This document shows, piece by piece, positions 36,390 to 42,880 of a stretch of DNA of 42,880 nt (position 1 is its first letter; every line of letters begins with the position of its first letter). The position numbers and the translations under genes are program-made. The stretch covers positions 1 to 42,880 of the forward strand of contig DATMEE010000257.1 of NCBI GenBank assembly GCA_035557035.1, read 5' to 3'. The notes beneath the pieces were generated by a model that worked only from the letters and a program-made list of their open reading frames with translations, was not told the origin of the DNA and did no database searches. This DNA is from Phycisphaerae bacterium. GTDB lineage: Bacteria; Planctomycetota; Phycisphaerae; UBA1845; UTPLA1.

Positions 36390-37241
36390 TCATGGTTTGG
36401 TCAATGTGTTGTCATAGTCATGTTCCTTCGGCACAAAGGCCCAGTGCCGGTAAGGATGCTCCCAACGCATGGCGAAGCCGCCACCCGTCGTAATTCCAAT
36501 GTTGAAATTCGGATAAATCATCCGGACATGACGGAGAATGTGCTTGTACAGCTTTTCCTTGGCCACGGTGCGCTTTCCGCGGCGCTTCGCGCCGCTGGGA
36601 ATCGCTTTGTGCATGTCGTTGAGTCGAAAAGCCATCGCTCCCAAGACCACATCGAGACACTGGAGCAGCACATGCTCGTGGGACCGCACTTCCACGAAAT
36701 CCTGCGACGCCATTGAGAGTCTGGCATTCAAGAAGTCTCTCGAGGCATTCAGCCCGAGAATGTATCCTCGGAACCGCGCGACCTGTTCGCCGGTGTCCGG
36801 GAACTGATCGAGATAGACGCGCAGTCTCACCGGCTGCGCATGGGGTGGCATCGCGGCGAACCCGAACGCATGTTTAATAAACTGGTAGTAGAGTATGAAA
36901 TAGGCTTGTTCCACCTGCAGCGCGGTGAGTCCTCTCGGCTTGAGGGCATTCTGGCGAAACATGATTCTCATTTTCAGGCGCCCCGCCTTCATCTCTGCGA
37001 AAAGCGCGTCCATGAGAACAACATACTTGCCGAGATAATTATCAGTTACCTTTTGCCATTTCACCTCGCCGTAAAGGTTCTGGTCGGCTTTGCACGCCGC
37101 AAGGCGAGCCGACGCTCCTTCCAAACGCGAGGCACCGATTAACAATCCACCGTAGAAGTTGGAATAATACGGACCGTCGCTGATCGACTCGTCGCAGTAA
37201 AGGACGTACTCTTTCTCTTTTAATGACGCTGAATCTGCCAC
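36390..37241 (-). CDS. DUF3800-family protein
   Basis: Only the C-terminal 283 codons of the 609-aa track ORF look like protein. GTG 37241 (VADSASLKEKEYVLYCDES...) is preceded by AAGAG. The DUF3800 hallmarks as I recall them are an N-terminal DES motif (YVLYCDESISDG) and a QxxD motif (LLQCLDVVLGA). GC is lower than in the flanks. Confidence 0.7.
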   Translation of the reverse strand: MADSASLKEKEYVLYCDESISDGPYYSNFYGGLLIGASRLEGASARLAACKADQNLYGEVKWQKVTDNYLGKYVVLMDALFAEMKAGRLKMRIMFRQNALKPRGLTALQVEQAYFILYYQFIKHAFGFAAMPPHAQPVRLRVYLDQFPDTGEQVARFRGYILGLNASRDFLNARLSMASQDFVEVRSHEHVLLQCLDVVLGAMAFRLNDMHKAIPSGAKRRGKRTVAKEKLYKHILRHVRMIYPNFNIGITTGGGFAMRWEHPYRHWAFVPKEHDYDNTLTKP

Positions 37242-37287
37242 AGCGTATTCTCTTATGTTGCCGAACAGGCCAGAAAGTGCCGTGGGT

Positions 37288-38424
37288 TCATAGTGCCTTC
37301 TCCAGTTCTCCAATCGCCAGTTCCTCGTAGCCGAGTGCCTGCAAAATGACATCGATCTGCCGGTCGCGCATCTCCGGCGGAGGCATCGAGTCGGGGTAGT
37401 CGCGCTCGGAGGGTACGTAGCGGTAGCCCTTCTGCAGGGCTTCGACCTCGCGTTCGTAGTGGGCCGCGGCTTTGGAGAGGTGCTCGCCTTTCGCCCCGAA
37501 TTCTTCGGCAGCGTCGCGGAGGTATCGCGCCGCGGCTTGGCGGGCGTCGATAAGGCATACGTAAGTCCACGCATTCGGATGGATGTAGCTGCGGTCGCCG
37601 GCGCTCCGCAGGTTCTGGCTCCAGATTTCGAACGCACGCGCCCCCAGGGCGTGCTTGCCGACTTGCCGCCGATTGAACAGGTCGATGGCCCGGCGGATGG
37701 CGGCCGCGATCGTTTCCTGGCGGGCGCGTGGCGCCTGGCGATTTCCCAGCAGCACGACGGCCGTGGGCCAGCCGTTGGCGAGGCGGTCGCGCTCCTGAGC
37801 GCCGCCGTTGTATGAACGGCACAGCCACTGCTGATCGGCGCGGTAGCCGACGATGATGCCCCAGTCCTCGGGCCGGATGATGTTCGCGGCCAAAACCGGA
37901 GTACCCTTGTCGAGGCTCTTGACGATTTCGCCGCGGAGGGCGGCGGCCTGGGACATCTGGTCGCGGCGCACGACTTGCACATCGTACTGCCAGCCGATGG
38001 CGGCAAAGAGCGGCTCGACGCAGCTCTCGCCGACGAGCGGGTCGGGGTTGCCCACGTCCCAACGGTCGATGCGCACCTGGGTGCGGAAGGCCATTCCGCT
38101 GACACCCATGAGTTCCTCGTACTCGACCGGACGGCCCAGGCCCTTGAGCACCAGCTCCAGGCAGTGCATGAAGGTGCAGTCGCGGCCGGCGGCGAAACCT
38201 CGGATGGGCTCCAAGCCATCGAGCCGCACGGAGTTCGGCCCCTCGCTGATCTTCGAGAGCCGGCCGCGCTCGGGTTCGAGTTGTTGCACTTGGGCCGGCT
38301 GGGGCGGCCGGTCGCGCCGGCCGCAGCCTTCGACGGCGGCCAATCCGGCGACGCACAGGGGGGTCAAAGCTGAACCAAGCTGAAAAAAGCTGAACAAATT
38401 GGAACGTCTGAGGCGTCTGAGCAT
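37288..38424 (-). CDS. Putative lipoprotein of unknown function (378 aa)
   Basis: Only the last 378 codons of the 646-aa track ORF are protein-like. ATG 38424 is preceded by GAAGG. The signal plus lipobox-like segment is MLRRLRRSNLFSFFQLGSALTPLCVAGLAAVEGC. The body has balanced composition (FMHCLELVLKGLGRPVEYEELMGVSGMAFRTQ...). There is a weak, unverified resemblance to BtrH-N/DUF4872-type papain-like folds. Confidence 0.6.
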   Translation of the reverse strand: MLRRLRRSNLFSFFQLGSALTPLCVAGLAAVEGCGRRDRPPQPAQVQQLEPERGRLSKISEGPNSVRLDGLEPIRGFAAGRDCTFMHCLELVLKGLGRPVEYEELMGVSGMAFRTQVRIDRWDVGNPDPLVGESCVEPLFAAIGWQYDVQVVRRDQMSQAAALRGEIVKSLDKGTPVLAANIIRPEDWGIIVGYRADQQWLCRSYNGGAQERDRLANGWPTAVVLLGNRQAPRARQETIAAAIRRAIDLFNRRQVGKHALGARAFEIWSQNLRSAGDRSYIHPNAWTYVCLIDARQAAARYLRDAAEEFGAKGEHLSKAAAHYEREVEALQKGYRYVPSERDYPDSMPPPEMRDRQIDVILQALGYEELAIGELEKAL

Positions 38425-38504
38425 CCACGACCTTCGCTGAGCAACTCGTTGAACATGATTACTATTCGTGCTCCATGTTCCACGGATTCGCGAAGAAATG
38501 CCAG

Positions 38505-38529
38505 TCGCGAGTGTCTGAGGTGCTCGCGA
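38505..38529. promoter_or_regulatory. Inverted repeat TCGCGAG-N11-CTCGCGA in the 520-nt divergent intergenic region
   Basis: There are perfect 7-nt arms at 38505-38511 and 38523-38529. They lie about 80-105 nt upstream of the lipoprotein start on the minus strand. Operator or hairpin function is speculative. Confidence 0.2.
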
Positions 38530-38944
38530 GACGGATAGCTCATCTGGTGCAATAAGCAAAATCCATCGATTCAGACACCCAGGGACCTGGTCACAATTAC
38601 CCCAAACCAAGGCTATTTTCTGCAAGAGAATTCCGGGATTGTGACATTGATGAGTGCGGCACGGTGAGGCGCGAGGCGTCTCATCGCGGCTGTCAATCCT
38701 AACGCGTAGTTCACGCACGAGTAACTTGAAATAGATTGACCTTGCCTGAATGGGGCTGCGCGCCCGTTCAGGCCGTCCGAATCTCGGCCGGCGCGAGGCG
38801 ACTTGAACCGGCGGCGTTCGGTGAGGCGCCTGGTTATTGGTGTGTTGAAGGTCCGTCGCGGGTTGGGCCCGCCCGGATTGAAGTCCGGGGCTCGCACTGC
38901 TTCGGCGGAGTTGATTCAAGTGATTTGCAAAAAAGGAGTTTAGA

Positions 38945-41231
38945 ATGAAAAGCCGCAAATCTGTCATCGCCGGTCTGCTGATTTTGGCATTGTTCGGTGT
39001 CACGCCCACGGCCTTTGCGGCTTGGCCCGCGAGTTGGCGGAGCGGCGTCGGGCTGGGGGGCATCAGCACCAGCACCAACGTGACGATCACGTGGGATGCG
39101 GACGGGGACGGTCCGCAGCCGGCGCTGCTGGTCGTCGGCGGCGGCTGGGGCATAGCGGGTAAAGCGCGCATGAAGGGTGTGACGGCATGGGACGGCACTG
39201 CGTGGCGTGAATTGGGGGGCGGCATCAATGGCTCGGTGCGCGGGATGACGATTCACGATGGCGATCTTATCGTCGCAGGTCACTTCGATGCGGCCGGCGG
39301 GGCTCCGGCGTTCGGCCTCGCGCGGTGGGACGGCACGTCGTGGCAGGCAGTAGGCCAGGGAATTGGGGCGATGACGGCGGGCGGCATACTCGATGAGTTT
39401 TACGCGGTCGGCACGTTCAACGGCGAGATCGTTGTGGCCGGGCGGATCATTCTGAATTACTTGGCAACCGGCGGAGGATCGCATGTTTCGATGGGACGGC
39501 AGCGCGTGGCATGCGATGGGCGGCGACCTGGGAACCGGTGTCAACGCTCTGGCGGTTCACGACGGAGAGCTGTACATCGGCGGTTTTTTCGAATCGGGCA
39601 TGAGGCGGTGGAACGGATCGTCGTGGGTGACGGTCGGCGGCGGGGTGGACTCGGGCATCGAGTCCCTGCTGGTACACGACGGCAAACTTGTCGCGGCGGG
39701 ATATTTCGCGACGGCCGGCGGTGTGACGGTCAACGGCGTGGCGGCGTGGGACGGAACCTCTTGGCACGGCTTCGGCGGCGGGCAGGGACTGGGGCCCTCG
39801 CCGGCTGCCGGCGCACTATCGACATTTGGAGGAGACTTGATTGTCGGCGGATATTTCACGACGGCCGATCAATCGACGGTGCAGAGCATTACGCGGTGGA
39901 ACGGAACGAGCTGGGAGCCGCTGGGCGGGGGCGTGAGCGTGAGCGTCGGCGGGCTGGCGGAATACGACGGCGAGCTTGTGGCGGTGGGAATGTTATTGAC
40001 GGCGGGCGACGAGCTGGCGAACAACGTCGCGGCATGGGACGGGGACGACTGGCATACGCTGGGCGTCGGGACCAATCGGCCGGTTGATTCGCTGGTGATT
40101 CATGAAGGCAGGCTGGTGGCGGCGGGCTCGTTCACCACGATTGAAGGGCAATCCGCGGAGAAAGTGGCCAGGTGGGACGCAGAGCAGTGGCATGAATTGG
40201 GCGAGCCGCCGGTCGCCACCGTCACGGCGATGACGATCCACGCCGGGCGCGTCGCGATTGGAGGCCCGATGACGGATGCCTTCGATGAGACATCGTTCAT
40301 CGTGAGCGAATGGAACGGTTCGGCTTGGGAGATTCTGGGATCGACGATCGAGGGGCCGATCAACGCGCTGGTCGTGTTCGAGGGAGACTTGATCGCCGGC
40401 GTGGGGGAACAATTCGGCTACTTCAATGAGCCGCCGGAGAATGGAATCGTCCGCTGGGCGGGCACGCAGTGGGAACCTCTGAGCACGGGATTCGTTGGAA
40501 CGGTCAATGCGATGGCCGTGTATCAGGGAAGTCTCGCGGTCGGCGGACAGTTCGAGCAGGTGGCGGAGGGTTTTTCACCAGACAGCATCGCGCGCTGGGA
40601 TGGCGAAGCATGGCAGGCACTCGGGACGGGGACTGATGGGATTGTCCGTTCGCTGGGCGTGGTGGGAGGCGATTTATTCGTCGGCGGCAACATCTCGATG
40701 GCGGGGGGCTCAAATGCCAATGGCGTGGCTCGATGGAACGGCTCGGCCTGGAGCGCCCTGGGCGCGGGTCTGCTGGGCTCACCGGAGGCCTTCATCGAAT
40801 ACAACGGCGAGGCGGTCGCGACGGGCTTGCTCCTATCCTCCGGGGCGATCGAGCTTGACGGCATGGCGAAGTGGAACGGCACGGAGTGGCTGCCGCTCAA
40901 TGAAGAGCCCGGCCTCGATCTTTATGGGCACGCGATGGCGGTCTACAACGGCGAATTGATCCTGGGCGGATCGTTCCTGACGGCCGGGACGCAGATTTCG
41001 CCGTTTCTGGCGCGATTCGGCGCGGATTGCGCGTCGGGCGACATGGATTGCAACGGCGCGCTGGAACTCGCCGACGTGCCGCTGCTCGTGTCTGCCATGC
41101 TTTCGGCTGATTCTCTCAGCGACGACGCGGGACTGGTTGCGAATATGAACGGCGACGTCACCGGCGCCGGGGCGCCGCGAATCGATGGTGCGGATTTGCA
41201 ATTATTTGTGGACGCCTTCGTGGCGCCCTGA
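38945..41231 (+). pseudogene. Secreted 13-repeat propeller-like protein with a dockerin/EF-hand-like C-terminus, split by a +1 frameshift near 39456-39485
   Basis: ATG 38945 is preceded by AAGGAG. The signal peptide is MKSRKSVIAGLLILALFGVTPTAFA. Repeats of the type [AR]-W-[DN]-G-x-x-W-x-x-[LV]-G occur 13 times. The first two are in the 38945 frame and the remaining 11 in the 39483 frame (offset +1). After about aa 178 the first frame turns into Arg/Gly junk until 40087. The tail GDMDCNGALELADVPLLVSAML...MNGDVTGAGAPRIDGADLQLFVDAFVAP is dockerin-like. Confidence 0.7.
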
Positions 41232-41258
41232 TCGAAGCAGTTGAGTTCGTTGATGGAT

Positions 41259-42029
41259 TTACTTCAGCTTCGCCCGAATTTCCTCCGCGGCGCTACGATG
41301 CTCGCGGAGGGTCGCGACGGTCTTGCTGGCGAAGTCGCGGAGCGCGGCGACGTGGCCGTTTCGGGTTTGCGACTCGAACCTCTCGATTACTTTTTGATGG
41401 TCCTCGACCATCATTGAGATGTACTCGCGGTCAAACTCAACGCCAGAGAGCCGCGACAGTCGATCGACCATTTCCCGGTGGTGCGCGTCGAGATCGGATG
41501 AAAGGTTGATGTCGGTGTCCTTCACGATTCCTTCCAGTTCCGTCTGTGCTTTGGAGTGGTCGTCGATCATGCGCCGGCCGAAGTCGCGAACAGCGGCGTC
41601 GTTCGCTTTTTCGAATGCCATTTTTCCAAGCTCGATTTCCAGTCGGTTCGCGCTGGCGGCGGCGTGAACGAACGCCGGGTCTCCACCGGTTTGAGGCATC
41701 GGGCCCGTCCCGCCGACACCGCCCTGGCCGCTCGCGTTTTCATTTCCGCCAGCGACGTTGTCATTGTGATTACCGGGGGCCGCCCTGATGTCGTTCGCTG
41801 TGCCTTCGAACCGATTCCTGTTGTCATTGGCAGCCGCATCGACGGTACCGTCTTCGTGCATGGCGCGGTCACCGCGCAGCTCGGGGGCGCCGGGACTGAC
41901 TTGATCGGCGCTGCGGGCGTCGGCGGCGCCGCCGGTAGCCTTGGGTGCCGGAGTCTCGTCATCGCGCCTGTCCCGGTCGCAGCCGCATAGCAGGAACGCC
42001 GCGGCGAAAAGCATGGTGAGCCGTCGCAT
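41259..42029 (-). CDS. DUF4142-family lipoprotein
   Basis: ATG 42029 is preceded by AAGGAG with 6 nt spacing. The lipobox is MRRLTMLFAAAFLLCGC, followed by a low-complexity Gly/Asn/Ala linker. The C-terminal ~150 aa (FVHAAASANRLEIELGKMAFEKANDAAVRDFGRRMIDDHSKA...EYISMMVEDHQKVI) resemble DUF4142. Confidence 0.75.
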   Translation of the reverse strand: MRRLTMLFAAAFLLCGCDRDRRDDETPAPKATGGAADARSADQVSPGAPELRGDRAMHEDGTVDAAANDNRNRFEGTANDIRAAPGNHNDNVAGGNENASGQGGVGGTGPMPQTGGDPAFVHAAASANRLEIELGKMAFEKANDAAVRDFGRRMIDDHSKAQTELEGIVKDTDINLSSDLDAHHREMVDRLSRLSGVEFDREYISMMVEDHQKVIERFESQTRNGHVAALRDFASKTVATLREHRSAAEEIRAKLK

Positions 42030-42239
42030 GGGAATCTCCTTATTCTTGTTGTTGCCGGACATGGCCGGTCGCAAATGATCAGTTTCTGCAATCCGTACGA
42101 ATTCTAGTTGAGGTGGTCATCGAAGCCGCGCTGTTTTGCAACAGAAAAAGGCCATTGTTGAGGCTACGATTTTCCCGGGATGATGGTTTGCGTCGGCGCG
42201 AAGGGGGCCGGTTCGCGGCGATAAGAAACGAGGTGTCAC

Positions 42240-42437
42240 ATGGCGAAAGAAAACAAACCAACAGACGGCCCGCAGAAAGCGGGAATGGGCGAGCAGCGCA
42301 CCGATATTGAGGAAGGATTTGAGCGGCCCGACGAGTTGGACGGGGCATACGACAAACACCAGTGGGACAAGGAGAATACGTATAACAAGGGCGATGGGCA
42401 TCACGATTCGTCGGACGACGAGTCAACGATTCGGTGA
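42240..42437 (+). CDS. Small acidic hydrophilic hypothetical protein (65 aa)
   Basis: ATG 42240 is preceded by GAGGTG with 5 nt spacing. The sequence is hydrophilic and Asp/Glu/Lys/Gly-rich with no hydrophobic core. It lies in a lower-GC spacer. Coding status is uncertain. Confidence 0.35.
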   Translation: MAKENKPTDGPQKAGMGEQRTDIEEGFERPDELDGAYDKHQWDKENTYNKGDGHHDSSDDESTIR

Positions 42438-42499
42438 GGGCAGGCGGCGCACCGCGTCGAAGGCGCGCCGGAACAGCTTCGATTTGCGCCCGCCCTGCC
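42438..42499. terminator. Long imperfect hairpin between convergent genes (candidate terminator)
   Basis: gggcaggcggcgc...tcgaag (5' arm) pairs with cttcga...gcgcccgccctgcc (3' arm), with small bulges. It starts right after the TGA at 42435-42437 and is followed by GTTTCGC on the + strand. Confidence 0.3.
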
Positions 42500-42512
42500 G
42501 TTTCGCGGGGGG

Positions 42513-42880
42513 CTAAACGCGGCCGTCGTAGGCGAAGCGCGCGGATTGTTTGAAGAATTGCAGCGGGTTTTCGTACACCACTTGCGAAATATTATTGGCG
42601 GTATGGCCGCGGAGGCGCATTTCCAGCATGAACGCGGGGACGGCCATGGGGTTGCTCGGCCCCCAGTCACCGGCGGAGTTCACGCAGAGGCGCTGCGTGC
42701 CGTAGCGCTCCACCATGTCGGCCGCGCGCTGCGGGGTGCATTTCGTGATGGGGTAGAGCGTCAGGCCGCACCAATAGCCCGCGTCGAGAATGTGCCTGAT
42801 GGTGTGCTCTTCGGCGTGATCGACCAGCACGCGCTCTGGTTTAATCCGCCGTTCGTTGCGCAGCATGTCGAGGATCATGC
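42513..42880 (-). CDS. TatD-related/amidohydrolase-fold metal-dependent hydrolase, 5'-truncated by the window edge
   Basis: The ORF runs off the right edge. The C-terminal region VLVDHAEEHTI...RLCVNSAGDWGPSNPMAVPAFMLEMRLRGHT...VVYENPLQFF resembles the C-terminal strands of TatD-type hydrolases (recollection only). Confidence 0.5.
   Translation of the reverse strand, partial: MILDMLRNERRIKPERVLVDHAEEHTIRHILDAGYWCGLTLYPITKCTPQRAADMVERYGTQRLCVNSAGDWGPSNPMAVPAFMLEMRLRGHTANNISQVVYENPLQFFKQSARFAYDGRV

Noticed and set aside
37242-38219. N-terminal 326 codons of the 609-aa track ORF 36390-38219, and the 391-aa ORF 37253-38428
   Set aside because: These are Pro/Arg/Ala/Ser/Thr-rich out-of-frame readings of the lipoprotein gene. 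Protein-like sequence in that frame begins only at GTG 37241 (DUF3800).
38736-38900. Possible tmRNA or other structured RNA starting at ggggctgcgcgcc, with a gcggg-ttggg-cccgc stem
   Set aside because: There is no tRNA-like acceptor/T-arm geometry (5-nt loop), no tag-peptide ORF ending in the usual resume/stop arrangement, and no CCA-proximal acceptor pairing. It is probably just a GC-rich leader.
38425-39228. N-terminal 268 codons of the 646-aa track ORF 37288-39228
   Set aside because: They run through the lower-GC spacer and antisense to the propeller gene start, with non-protein-like composition. A signal peptide plus RBS appear only at ATG 38424.
1-42880. Search for CRISPR arrays, rRNA or tRNA genes, transposases, integrases and known multi-gene defence systems
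   Set aside because: I could not find regularly spaced direct repeats, rRNA- or tRNA-like sequences, or DDE, tyrosine- or serine-recombinase motifs by reading the six frames. The only repeat family is the two-copy ~100-nt element reported above.

Overview
This is a high-GC bacterial chromosomal segment. The gene content suggests Planctomycetota, possibly Phycisphaerae-like, but that is inference from dockerin/EF-hand-like tails, a Bat/vWA-type cluster and AAGGAG ribosome-binding sites, not a database result. I support about 30 protein-coding genes. I saw no rRNA, tRNA, CRISPR array, transposase or integrase.

Layout:
- 2-12405 (+): a tightly packed nine-gene array. It runs from a truncated vWA/Bat-like protein through membrane, coiled-coil and helical-repeat proteins and an NPCBM-domain protein to three tandem HtrA-like PDZ proteins.
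- 12420-21061: ndk, small ORFs, a DUF4139-like gene, a decayed ParE/Phd-type toxin-antitoxin pair, MlaF/MlaD-like genes and a membrane coiled-coil protein with a poly-acidic insert.
- 21270-30372: polA, an SGNH hydrolase plus histidine kinase pair, a secreted helical protein and a CapD/PglF-type dehydratase.
- 30403-42880: a tiny TM/zinc-ribbon ORF, a beta-helix repeat protein, a CHASE2 adenylate cyclase, a low-GC DUF3800 gene behind an orphan lipoprotein, a frameshifted 13-repeat propeller-like gene, a DUF4142 lipoprotein, a small acidic ORF and a truncated TatD-like gene.

Main second-look items:
1. One catalytically intact HtrA-like protease is followed by two start/stop-overlapping paralogs in which His, Asp and Ser of the triad are all replaced.
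2. The whole 12-kb co-directional envelope cluster around those proteases.
3. A compositionally foreign DUF3800 gene.
4. A structured ~100-nt repeat present twice.
5. Several frameshifted genes, and an in-frame post-stop TM/zinc-ribbon ORF.

All family assignments are by-eye motif recognition and need HMM or BLAST confirmation.
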